Assembly: GCA_000165425.1 (NCBI GenBank)
Contig: CT868041.1
Span: forward strand, 496,001-560,000
Direction: 5' to 3'
DNA length: 64,000 bases
From: Paramecium tetraurelia
Lineage: Eukaryota
The stretch's first letter is position 1. The number at the start of each line of letters is the position of its first letter. This document shows positions 39,327 to 51,717 of this stretch, piece after piece. Made by a program: the position numbers and the translations under genes. The notes below the pieces were generated by a model, which saw only the letters and a list, made by a program, of their open reading frames with translations, did not search any database and was not told where the DNA came from.

Positions 39327-39388
39327 TTGTTCAGCCATCGTTGTAAATTCATGTGTTTCATACTGACGTGTAAAATTTCATCATTAAT
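39327..39388 (-). ncRNA. Candidate box C/D snoRNA, snR72/snoR72Y-like (LSU Am876-equivalent guide)
   Basis: Minus strand: ATGATGA (box C) AATTTTA-CACGTCAGT-ATGA (D') ... TTTACAACGATGG-CTGA (box D). The D' guide is antisense to the conserved LSU rRNA stretch (A)CUGACGUG. Confidence 0.65.
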
Positions 39389-39525
39389 TAAATTTAATTT
39401 TATTATTTATAGGAAGTATGATTAATTTATTGAATATAAATAATGAATTTAGAGTTTCTGTTTCTCCTTTTAGTTTGATTTATTTATATATATTATTTTA
39501 ATTTATATTTTGAACATCATTACTA

Positions 39526-41401
39526 ATGTAACCAACAGAAGTATATCTGTTTTTATTAAGTTAGGAAACCTAATTGATGAGCTCCTCTTCTAGAATGAAA
39601 ACAGATAAATTTATCAGCACATAAGCTGTCGCAATGAGATCAATTCAAAAAGCAATAAAGTAATTTTGAGATTCATATTAGAAAACAAGATTTGTCTTTT
39701 ATACTTGGTTCCTTTAATAATTATTAAGGAGCATCCCAACAATAAAATGAAAGTGTAAGAAACCTTTAGAATTTTAGTTATAACTGTTTTAAATGGAGGA
39801 AAAAGAAGTCCATTTAAAATTGGGAGAACTCAGAAAAGAGTTTGATACTTATCACACATCATCTCTGTACAAAGAGAAGGAGATTTCTTAATTCAAGGTA
39901 GGAAATGATTATTATTCTTAAGGATCAACTCCTAAAGTTAAATTTGGAAGAATCAGAGTTAATAAACAATACGACAGAATTAACAAAGGAATTGGAATGT
40001 TCAAAGTCGGAATATGTGTAGGCTAAACAAAGATTCGAGGAAAGTCAAATGAGTGAAAAATCTTATGTACATGTTGTAAATAGACTGAAACACGATGTAT
40101 TATGTTTTCGAAAGAAATTAAATGAAATGGGAGATGTTTTTGAAAAGAAACAAGCAGAAGCTTATCAGGCAGATGCAAAATAATGGGAATCAATTCAATT
40201 AAATCAAATGACTAGAAAATTGTGTGATGAAATGATGAATGTAATTTGACTATTGAGATTTAATTAAATAGAATATTGAAATCGAGAAGAATAACAGACA
40301 AAGACAAATAGCATAATACAATAAGCAAATCAAGGCATAATTAATCGCAAAAGAGAAACGAGATGAAAGGATGATAAAATAGAGGGAAATAGCTGAACAT
40401 GCCAGCAATGATAAGGATGCAAGTGAAGTAATTCATTATTTGATGTATTTTATAGAAAAAGTGGAGAAAACTTTTGTTAGTACATAAAGTAGTTCATTCA
40501 TTGTTGAAAAATAAAATGGAGAAGGAAATGGAGAAGTTTACAGTAGTAGAAACAGCATTCTAAGAAATCAAGACAGCAACTGGAATTTCAGAAGCTTAAG
40601 AAATAGTTCAAAAGTTTTTAACAAAAGAAGCTACATATGGTTAACTTTTAGGTACCATTGCTGAAAATGAAAGGAAAATTGAACATTTGAAGAGGATGAA
40701 AGATAATCTAAGAAAAAGACTCTAAGAATTAAAGGATGATATCTAAATAATGGAAATGAATGCTAAACCATCAAAGAAGGGAATAGATTCAGAAATATAT
40801 AAATAATTTTATATTATAGACGATAGAGCAAAGAAAGCAGAAATAATGAAATAAAAATTATATACTTGGAGTATCAAAATGCTAGGCAAAATTGAGAAAG
40901 CGTCGATGTAATTTTTAGATGAAAGAACTAACTATTATAATGTTTATCCGAGAGGCAAAGATGTTGAATTGTTTGAACAACTTTAAAAGTTAATATTTGA
41001 AGATATAGAGCAAGCTAGACCTGAAGTAATTTAAATTATTTAGTATTTAGGAAATATTGCAAATAATTGGGGAAGTTAATAGATCTAATATTAGAAATGA
41101 TACCTTAAATGAAGAATATCTCAAAAAAAATGTTAGAATTAAATATAAAAAATTGACTTAAAGAGAAGCCATTAAAAGAACTAAATCTATGGACTCTAAA
41201 GCTGATTTAAGCAATAGAAGTCTTAGTTAATTTGGACAATCTAGCGATTCAAGTGCAGAACCATCATTTTATGAGTCAGAGTCAGAAGGGAATACTGTAG
41301 ACGAAAATAGTGAAAAGAACCATTTCAACTATCTAAGGGATGAAGCAAAATAGGTTAAAAAACAAAAGAAGAAGGATGATGGCTCAGAAGGGAAGAAATG
41401 A
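39526..41401 (+). CDS. Coiled-coil protein of the outer-dynein-arm docking complex type (CCDC151/CCDC63/CCDC114-like)
   Basis: ETAFQEIKTATGISEAQEIVQKFLTKEATYGQLL motif; long heptad regions; many tiny introns. Confidence 0.7.
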
Positions 41402-41448
41402 TAAATTTATTATTTATCAATATATAAAATTAATTTTTGAGATTATAA

Positions 41449-42849
41449 ATGAATAACTAAAAGGAGACTGAAAATGATGATGTAATCAATTAAAAATTAT
41501 TTAGTCTGATAAAAGTCAATAAAGTAAATCGGTTCAACAGAAAAATAAGGAAAGATAATTACGAAAATTCTAAAAGTTATAATCATTAATCAATAAACCA
41601 TTTTAGTAATTGACAGAGGAAGAACTTAATAAAAGAAGGATACTTTCTAAAGTATCTGATCTTATAGGTAAAACTAACAATCCCCATTAATCATTATAAC
41701 CATTAAATCATAAATTTGTGCTTAACATAGGTCATCTTCAAAATGCCTCAATCCCAAAAATAACATCAAATCAAACAGACCCAGAAAAAGAGTATGTAGA
41801 TTATTTGATGATGAAAAAGTGTAATCCTTAATTTATCTATCATAGAAAAGTAACATGAGCAAATGAGGAGATAGGCCTTAAAAAAATAGAACCTAAAAGA
41901 AAACTATGATCAATTATGGTAACAAGAAGAAGAAGTATCAGACAAAGAAATTAAAGATACCTATAATGTTAATAAAGCATTGACTATAGTGCACAGAAAT
42001 TAGGTTTAAAAGGAGAAGCAATTGAAATCAGATGAGCGACTTTATTTTGGTAAGAACTCTTAATCCATCTAAGGGAACTCAAATATTCAATCTTTAACCA
42101 ATTCTAGATTGATTTTGATGTAGGATTAGGATATTAATGAAACTGAAGTATATAACCATTTTAATCTAGTGCAGAGAACAATAAGCAAGAAGAACTCTTA
42201 AGAAAATGAAGACAAAATAGGTGATAAATATAGTTCAGTAGGCCACAAAAAAAATATTCAATAAGAAAGATGAATAAATTTAGAAGGAATTAATTATGCA
42301 TTAAGTTTATAAATAAATGAATAAAGAAAAAAAGAAAGAGAGTATCAAATCAATAGATAGCATATTTAGAAATTGTAATTTCTTATTCTTAATTTATTAG
42401 CACAAAATGAAGAAGCCTTTCAGTAATCCTAAAATCAATAAAAAATGATTACTAATAAAATGTTGAGTGAAAACAAATTTTTTCAACCTAAAAAATTAGG
42501 AGAAATTAAACCAATTCAAAGTAGAGTTTAATTAAGTCACATTATATAAAAATAAGAGACTAGAACTGATGACTCTCCTCCTAGATTTTATAGTAGAAAA
42601 ATCAGTCTTATTAATGATAAAATATCTAATTTAGTATCTTAGATAGATGAAATATAATAAAAAGAAACTGATTAATTGACCTTTATAAAATAACTAGAAA
42701 ATGAGCAAGATTTATATAAGACATATAGAGAGTCACTCTAGCCTGATTAAATTTAAGATACATTAAAGTCACTTCTAGGTCCAAGTAACAATAATTATAG
42801 AAAACCTTTTAGGTTTAATAATAAGAAGTTTTTTAATTAGATTTTATGA
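41449..42849 (+). CDS. Hypothetical Q/K/E-rich protein
   Basis: MNNQKETENDDVINQKLFSLIK...; tiny introns; ends KKFFNQIL-TGA. Confidence 0.65.
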
Positions 42850-43188
42850 AAATTAATGCTTGTATATTAGATTTAAACAAAAATATATTTTGGATTCAAA
42901 AAAATTGTTAAAATATACAATATTTATTTGATTATTCTAAATTGAAAGATGAATATGTTCATTTTAAGATTCATATCTTAATTTATCTAATATATCTATT
43001 TTAAAAAAGAGGTTCCAGATTATATTTATAAAGATAGAATTCTTAAAAGACAAAAATAACTTGAGGATTAGATTGATTTAAGGAATGAACAAGTTGTAAT
43101 TTAAATACTAATCTGACATTTTATATAATTTTGAATAATTAGAAAAGACCATCTCAAATTTTTAAAAAAAGAACAATGATTTACAATA

Positions 43189-43728
43189 TCATTACATTAT
43201 AAGCAAATTAACTAAATCTTCAGTTTTGATAAATCCATTTTATGCTTAGGTTATTTCAGAAATAACGATATCGAATTCCGTTAAATTAAGAACATCTCCA
43301 ATTTTAGTGATGATTGATTTTATTTCTTTGACATCAATATATCCAGATTTGTTTTTTTCAAATATTTTTAAGGCATTAATGATCTCTTATTTATTTGGTT
43401 TGCGATTTCTAACATTATAACAAGCTGTTATGAACTATTCAAAATTTAAAATTTGAGTTTTTTTTGGATCTAAATATATTCCTAATTCTCTGATTTCAAT
43501 GGTTGTTACTAAGTATCCTATGGCTCTCAAAGCAAAACCCAAGTCGTCGCGTTTAATAGTACTATTTCCACTTTTATCAAAATAAACAAACATATCCATA
43601 ATTTATTTGAGCTCTTAGGGAGTGAATGCCTTTTTTGCAGTTTCAGCATCTACTTTAGTAAATTTTAAGTATGGATTTGATAATTTACCCCCTCTTGAGA
43701 AATGAGCAAAGTTATTTTGAGTTTTCAT
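43189..43728 (-). CDS. Calmodulin/myosin-light-chain-like protein with four degenerate EF-hands
   Basis: FVYFDKSGNSTIKRDDLGFALRAIG, LDPKKTQILNFEQF, ALKIFEKNKSGYIDVKEIKSIITKIGDVL, QNGFIKTEDLVNLL. Intronless. Confidence 0.88.
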
Positions 43729-43761
43729 AATAATAATTTATAATTACTTATTTTTTGCTAA

Positions 43762-44488
43762 ATGCAATATTAATAAGATGAAGCTAATCATTATCAGTCT
43801 ATTATTGAGTTATATTACAAAGAGGCAGAACTAAGTAATGAAAATAGGACAAAGGAAAATTAGGCAGCAACCAAAATTTCGTAATGGTAGAGGATGCATG
43901 TAAAGAGAATTAAGTATCTCAAAATTAGATATGTAAGTTTGCAATCGATGTTTTTAGAATACTATTATTATTTAAAAGTTTGCTAGAGGTTACTTGGCAA
44001 AGATGTTAATGAAGAGAAACAGTGATAATAGATATAATGATAGAAATCTGAAATACTTCAGCTATTAGGCAACATAAATACAGAGATATTTTCGTGGATT
44101 TCATTATAGAAAATATTATCTAAATTGGGCAACAAGAAAAGAATATTTGGCTTTCTTAAAAAGAAAAAATGAAACGTTTTTGGAAGAACTCAGGAGAGTG
44201 GAATAAGAGGAGGCATAATAATTGAAAATTAGACAAGAATAATTGGCTAGGACTGAGTTTGAGTCTTTGGCACGTAATTTGCATCATCTTTCATCAACAT
44301 AATCGATTTCAGGTATCTACAATAGACCTTTTGGAAATAGGGATATTGTTTTCGATATGGATGTTGAAAGTCACTTGAAAATTGTGTTCCATAGCAATTA
44401 TGAATGGGAGAAGTCAAAATAGATGTCAAGGTATACGAGAACTAAGAAATTGAGTATGACGACCAAATTAAAACCTTTGAAATAATGA
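43762..44488 (+). CDS. SPATA17: SPATA17-like IQ-motif protein
   Basis: IQ motifs AATKISQWQRMH, IIIQKFARGYLAK, ATQIQRYFRGFHYRK; LHHLSSTQSISGIYNRPF matches the SPATA17 HxLxST..I.GIYN.PF motif. Confidence 0.82.
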
Positions 44489-44589
44489 TATCTAAATTAC
44501 ATTTACGATTTTATTAAGTAACTCATACAATGATCATTCATTTTACCATAATCCAGAAAAAATTAATAAATATATATATCATAATTATT

Positions 44590-45547
44590 ATGATTATTTT
44601 ATTCTTTATTTCTCTTATTACTTTTGTGAACTCCTTATCATTGAAATAAGTTCTAATGGCAATTGATTGTGGAGGATAAGAATCCTTCAATTCCAAAGAA
44701 GGATTTCTTTATCAAGATGTATTAACTAATTGCTATTTGAGGATTAATATTTTAGTGGGGATTCAAGAGTATCTGATTACACATACAATGATGTTGTTTA
44801 TGCTGGAATTGCATATACTTTTACTCCAAGAGTTTATTTTACTGAGAGACATGGTAATTCATTTGATTATAACCTACCAATAAATAAGAATGGACAATAC
44901 ACAATCATTTTGTAATTTGTAGAAGTAAGTACTTTAATCCATAAAAGTTATACTTTGAAAATGAGGGAGAAAGACAATTCGATATTTATATTGGAACAAA
45001 AAGAGTCATACAAAATCTCTCTATTATTGACAATAAGCATCAAAAAGGTTCTGCAAAAGAAGTGTTCATTTATATCGATATAAAAGAAGACAAAGTTTTT
45101 CATTAGGGCCAAGAATGCAATAAAGGGTATGTAAATAAACATATTCAGATTTATTAATGGGAAATTGAAAATTGGATTTAGAAAAGGAGCTGCAGATTTA
45201 CCTAAAGTTGATGGTATTGTGATTGTCAAAGGACATAATGCTGGAGAAGAAGAAAGAAATCATTTAATTGATAATTGGGAGTAATTATTAGAGGAAAATA
45301 AAAAGAAGGAAGCAGAATTAGAGAGAGCAGAACTTGAGGCTTAAAATATGATTGTACCTGATTCTGTTGAACCAGAAGTATATTATTTCTACTAATTTCA
45401 TCTCAGGAAGGGGAAGGGTTAATTTCCTTCTTATTATCACCTATTGGATTTGGAATCATTGGTTTTGGAATGGCTGTATTTGGAATTTTAATGTTCGCAG
45501 GTGAAAATTAGGATTAAAAAAATAAAAAGATTAAGAAGTCAAAATGA
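44590..45547 (+). CDS. Malectin (ER lectin, type I membrane protein)
   Basis: Signal peptide; AIDCGG, VYFTERHGNSFDYNLPI..GQYTIILQFVE, QFDIYIG, DLPKVDGIVIVKG; C-terminal TM and basic tail. Confidence 0.9.
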
Positions 45548-45653
45548 TTATCGTATTAGTATAATAAATCTAAACAGAGTAGTAATTCATTCATATAATA
45601 TTATTTTATTTAATAATAAGTTAAAACTCAATATGAAGTGTGATAGATGTTGA

Positions 45654-46984
45654 TCATAAAAACTCAAATAAAATTGTATCTGACCCTGAAGATCCTATTA
45701 TATAGAATTTCTGTTTCAAGTCTTGTATGATGTAGATATCATAATGATTCCTTTCCTTCCTACTTTCAATAACTAATTCGCCTTCTCCATAATATTCAAC
45801 TCCATTTGTTAATTGTTTATTTATATTCTGCACATCAAATCGTATTTGCGCTTGAAAGACTATTAAATTTCTTTACTCATCTTCGCCATTACCAATTATT
45901 TCGTTCTTCTTATATTATAGATTCATATATAATGGTTGTCCATTCATTTTAGCAACTACAAATTTATTAAACTCTTTCAAATTCTTTAACTATTATAATT
46001 ATCATAATTCAAAATTACTTTCCTATAATCATCTTCAGGATTGCTTAAATTGACTAATATTTTGGCATCTTAAGGTGTAAGTTCATAAAAATATTTCGAA
46101 GGTAGAATTACATTATTTTCCTAGTCATTCAAACGATATTTAAGTTTCATTAGATCACTAATCCCAACCAAAGTTTTGTATGCATAATTGCTTATACCTT
46201 AAAGTGTAATCTTTAAATTAATTGCTTCCTATTTCACTATATGATTATGAGTTTCTAAAATAGAATCTAATGATGATTTCAGATCCAAACTTTATAACTC
46301 TGCAAGAAGCTTAGTTTTGATATAGCAATTTTCTGGAATGCATAGCAATCTTTAGATTAATTGGAGACCATTTTAACATAATTTTACTTGATCTTTGGTT
46401 AGATTAAATGTTTAAGAATTTTGCTTTATAAATTTGATAGAGGTTATCAATAATTTATAGATGGAAACCCCAAAGGTTTTATAATTTTCTAACGATATTT
46501 GCTTTAAAATATTCTCCCCAAATGAATGATTAATTAAATTCGCCCATACCAAGTTCGAATTAAATACATAATTCCACTTTTAACATACTCTTTATAACAC
46601 TAAACACGTTTTAATAGGGTCTTATAAGAAGAGTATAATTTATGAAGCAACAGGTGAATTGATCAGAGAAAAACTAAGTTTATTGTTCCTCTCATATTTT
46701 AATTGAGAATAGTATTAGTGATAATCTCCTTAAATTTCTGGCTATTTTTGAATTTTCTATGGCCTATAATCACGTTGCACTTATCTAAAGGTTTTCTTTT
46801 TTTCATCTAATTCTCTTAATCCTTTATCAACTTGTTGAATTTCTGTTTTTACGCATTCTAACATCTCATTAAACTTTTTTTCTTTTGTTATTAGTTCTCT
46901 CATCCAGGCTGGATAATTCTCTTCTTTTGTCAAAGCAGGCTTGATATCTAATATTGGTGTATCATCAGCTTCTTCTTCACTCAT
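45654..46984 (-). CDS. F-box-like protein with N-terminal coiled coil
   Basis: SQIILFLQDPIKTCLVLQRVCQKWNYVFNSNLVWANL is F-box-like. One intron near 45991-46019. Confidence 0.65.
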
Positions 46985-47315
46985 TTTATAATTATAATAA
47001 TATTAACATTTGTAGAATTAAATCATAAATTTTACGTGAACTTTTGAGATTTTCAATATGGATTATCAATAATTTTCATATAGGAAGAATGATTGATTAT
47101 ATTAATATAAGTTTTACTAATTATTCAATCAAATTTTATTTTAAACATGAACAAGGATTAAAACCATAATCTTAAAAAATGCATTAAGAGTCCTTAATTT
47201 CTTGTCATATATATTGTTATCATTCTAAAATGAAACTAAGAAAAAAAAATAATTATAAGAATAATTGGATTTGTATAATTTCATATAAAATATTCAACAT
47301 AAATTAATAATTTTA

Positions 47316-48430
47316 ATGTTGCTTAAAAAATTAAACTAAAACAACTTCTTCTTTCGATTAAAATATGGTTACTAGAGTAGACAAAAGAATCCAAAATACT
47401 TTCATAATCCCTTAGTCGAAGTAATTCTCTATTAACCCATTTGATAGGGATAGTATGCAGTTACTCCTGCAAGAAAGGTTCCTTCAAATATCACAAGGCC
47501 AAGTTACATGAGTATAATAAAATAAGATAATTGTAGCTGACAAAAAGCCTATATACGGTATATATGAAGGGCCTGCTGTTACACATGATAAGCATATGAT
47601 TGAAAGTAATTGTAATATCTGAATTCAGAATTAAGGAAGGCTGCTAGTATTGCATCAAAAACTGCTTAGGTAGCACAAAGATCAGTTAAAAAAGGGATGA
47701 CTACTGATGATTTAGACAAAATAGTCCATGACTACATAATTTCACAAAATGCTTATCCATCACCAATAGGATTTATGGGATTTCCAAAAAGTGTTTGCAC
47801 TTCAGTCAATGAGGTTTGCTGCCACGGAATACCGAATCTAAGACCCTTGGAGGAAGGAGATAGTCTTAATATAGATGTCACCATATTTTACGATGGTGTT
47901 CATGGTGACACTAGTGTAATGGCATCTGTTCCAAAAATGAATTAAGAAATATCAAAGTTGATAGAAACTACTTAAAAAGTGTATATTCTATTGAAATTAG
48001 TCCCTATATGAGGCTATAAAAATTTGTAGGCCTGGGCAAAAATTCAGTCAGGTTGGGAAAGTGATATAAGAAATCGCTAATAAGGAAGGATATTACGTAA
48101 GCGAAGTTTTCACTGGCCATGGGATTGGAGATTTGATGCATATGCCTCCAACAATATTTCATACCTGTAAAGTCTTCACATTATAATTTTTAGAGAATCA
48201 TTATCCTGGCGTGATGGTTCCTGGGAATGTTTTTACTATAGAACCCATTCTTTTGATAAAGGAGGTACAAGATTATTAAATTTGGAATGATAATTTTACA
48301 ATTATTTCTAACGATAACCCAAGTGGTAATTGATATGATAGAATAATTAGCATAATGGGAACATATGATCTTAATAACAGAAAATGGGTATGAAGTGTTG
48401 ACCAAAAGGGATGATGAAACAGAGTTGTGA
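47316..48430 (+). CDS. Methionine aminopeptidase type I, probably mitochondrial (MAP1D-like)
   Basis: GFPKSVCTSVNEVCCHGIP, NIDVTIFYDGVHGDTS, FTGHGIG..MHMPP, VFTIEPIL, AQWEHMILITENGYEVLT; presequence-like N-terminus. Confidence 0.95.
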
Positions 48431-48453
48431 TTATAAGTCAATAAATTATTTTA

Positions 48454-50697
48454 ATGAAAATTTCTCTCTAAGATTTTGGATTTCATCAACCGAATGCTCC
48501 TGAAGTCAATACTCCTCGATCTGTAGAAGCATGTAGAAGGGAAGGAATTCTACCCAGAGAATTGGTTAAGACATCTTTTGAGGATTTTCAAAAGAAATAC
48601 AAATTATCGAATTTGGACGCTAAAGGAATTGAAACTTATTATAAACACTTTGAAGATAAAAGAGAATAAAAATTTTAGGATGTTATAAAATAAAGACATA
48701 TTGTTATAGAGGACGAAAAGCAAGGTTGTTTTATATTACAATTTGACTAGGACTATGGAATCCTGATGGATTAGCAAAAAGCAAGATGGTTTCTAAATAT
48801 TCTTAATAAGATGTGTCTTCATTGATTGAGAAAGAAAAATAATAAATTGAAAAAATTAAGAAAAAATAGTAAAAGGAAATTGAATCAATGTTGGAGTATG
48901 AGGTCAAAATGTAAGAAATAAGAGAATAAAATGAGAAAAAGTTAGAAGAAGAAAAAATAAAATAAAAATAAAGAGAATTAGAATTGGAAAGAAAAAAAGC
49001 ATAATAAGAGGAAATAAAAAAATAAAAAGAAATTTAAAAATAATAAAAGAGAGAGTTAGAAGAATAAGCATTAAAAGAAAGAATGAAATTATTAGAATAA
49101 AAGGAATAAGAAAGATTAAAATAAGAAGAATTGAAACAAAGAATAAGAGAAGAAGAGAACTAGAAGAAAGAGGAAGAAAAAAAGGCATAATAAGAGAAAT
49201 TAAGAATGCTAAATGAAGAAAACATAAGATTGTAAATGGAAGCTTTAGAAAAACGAAAAAAAGATATGAATGAAAAAGCAGAATAAAGAAAGAAAATGAT
49301 GGAGGATCAGAAAGAGAAGAAAAAACAGGAGGCAGAATAAGCGAGAATAGATAATGAAAATAGGATAAAATAAGCTAAAGAAAGGAATGAGGTAGAAATT
49401 TTGAGGGTAAAGTAAGATGTTGAAAAGAAGTTGTAAATTAGTGAATAAAAGAGAATATAATTCGAAGAAGAAAAAAAGAAAAAATTAGAATAATAAAAGT
49501 AAGAGGCAGAGTAACATGCAGAAATGATAAAAAAGGTTATTGAATAGAATGAACAATTAGAATTAGAAAGAAAAAAACAATATTTAAAGAAAATTGATGA
49601 AGCTGAAGAAAGAAGAAAGTAATTGGATAAAGAATTAGAGAAGGAGAAAGAGAAACAAAGGTAAGAAGATCATGAAAGAGAATAATAAAGACATTAAGTA
49701 TTAAAGCAAAATGAATAAAGATAAAAAGAAAAAATTGAAGAATTTTTGAAAAAGTTTTAAGAGAAGGATGAAAATCTATCCAAAATTTAACTTGAAAGGT
49801 CTATATCATTAACTGATAAAAGAAATTATGAGTCATTAAAAAGGATTGATAAAAAGGATAATGTTGAGAGAATAATGAAGAAATAAGAGTATGATAGAAT
49901 GAAATTGTAGGAGAAATTAAACGAGAAAATGGAGAGAGCAGATAAAATCTAAGATGATTTAAATTAATTATTGCAATAAAGACAAAACATGAGAAAAGAA
50001 ATAGATAAATAAAAAAGAGATCTCCTCCTCAAATTAGAAAAAATTAAGGAAGGCAAAATACCTGCGAATGAGATATAGAAATAATTTGGGATGTAATCAA
50101 CTAATCTCAATGTCTCCCAAGAAAAGCAACCTCTGAACAAAAGAAGAACACAATCTCAATCAATCGGTTAACACAATTTACTCTAAGCAAATACTGAGAA
50201 ACCTAACAAAACGATAAGAATTTCTAGACTCTCAGATAAACTACCTGATATTAATCAATCTTCACAGTAAAATCTTGAGCAATCTTAACATTCCAATACA
50301 TAAAAGAAAAATGAATAGAATCAATCATCTCCTACGAAATCTTAAAGTAAGACTAAATTTTTCTATTGTAGATGAAAAAAAATTGAATAAAAAGACTAAG
50401 AAAATAGACCTTAGAAAATCCTAAAGTCTATAGCCTCCAAATCCAGAAGTTCTTTTTGAACTTAATTAAATAATTTAAAGATAGAATTAAGAAATTATGA
50501 GGGTCTTTATGGAAGAACAAGCAAATGAGAATAAGAGAGATCAAATGTTAAAGGTTTGCAAACATGAGAACAAAGCAAAAATGGAAAAAATCTACAGTAT
50601 GGATAGGTAAAAAGCCTAATAAAGAATTCAAAAATTATAAGAAAAACACTTTAAGGAGTAGTAGGAATTTAAAATAGCTCATTTTTTAATTGATTGA
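48454..50697 (+). CDS. Long E/K/Q/R-rich coiled-coil protein with N-terminal TPRSVEACRREGI motif
   Basis: VNTPRSVEACRREGILPRELV followed by trichohyalin-like charged helix; tiny introns. Confidence 0.8.
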
Positions 50698-50834
50698 TAT
50701 TAATATTATTTTGAATACAAAAAAATATAGAAAATTATACGTCAAGATATAAAACTTAAAAAAAATCAAATATAATTAAATTATTCTTAATGTATAATTA
50801 TCAAGTCAAAATATGATATATATATTTTAATTTA

Positions 50835-51317
50835 ATGGGAAGTTCATGCAAAAATATGAAAAATACATAAGATCTTAAATAAATTTAGATGAATAGCAAG
50901 AACAATAAAACCTTCAAAAAACTAAATAGGGCAGATTTCCAACATCCGAAATAAATTCTGGATTTTGACAGTTCATATTCAATATGTTCAGAAAGAAATT
51001 CATCATAATTTTCCAAGACTATTGGCCACATCAATACGTCAAGTTGCATATACATGAAAAAAAGAGATAATAAATTTTTCACAAGAAGGGTGAATAGTAG
51101 CTTAAATCACAATAGTCTAAATTTGCTTAAGAAGGATGATAATAATTCATAATCTGATTTTTCTTTAGAATTGATAGAGAACACTTAAGTCAAATTAGTA
51201 ATACCTTATCAAGTTAGGAGATCTTGGAGCAAAAAAAGAGTAACAACTAAGGTAGATTTATTAAAGAAAGTGAAAAATTAGAAATATTTTGATAGATATA
51301 AAAGGAGGAGAACTTGA
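50835..51317 (+). CDS. Hypothetical small basic protein with MGSSC lipidation-like N-terminus
   Basis: Intronless 160-aa frame from ATG to TGA. Confidence 0.65.
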
Positions 51318-51717
51318 GAATAATAAATTCATTCAATCTCCCTTTTTGTAATTTTTTCTTCAATTTATTTATTATGCTTCTCTATTAAATTTAAAATAAT
51401 GTATATAGTTTATAAATGATAATAATTTTTTTAAAAAATTTGATGGATTGAAAATCTAATAAATTATTTAAAACTAATAGGAGTCGATATTTATTTTTCA
51501 AGATGATCTGTTCTATTTTTAAATTAATACTCTAGTAATAAATTCAAAATAAATATGAACGAATAATAGAATAAATAGTTCTTGGACAATTGAGGTAAAA
51601 AAAGTAGTATTGAATAATAAGAATCTTGAGATTTATTCTTATATTATATAAAATACTAAATACTATTGAGTCATTTAAGTAAATAATGCTTAAACATTAT
51701 TATAATTAATTAATTAA

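Noticed and set aside
42949..43179. Small plus-strand ORF containing KEVPDYIYKDRILKRQKQLEDQIDLRNEQV
   Set aside because: About 55 aa with no recognisable family; cannot be told apart from a gene relic without expression data.
45654..46984. Initial impression of V-ATPase subunit C
   Set aside because: Full translation lacks subunit C motifs and shows an F-box-like segment instead.
48904..49188. Leu/Phe-rich apparent membrane protein ORF
   Set aside because: Antisense of an E/K/Q coiled-coil region.
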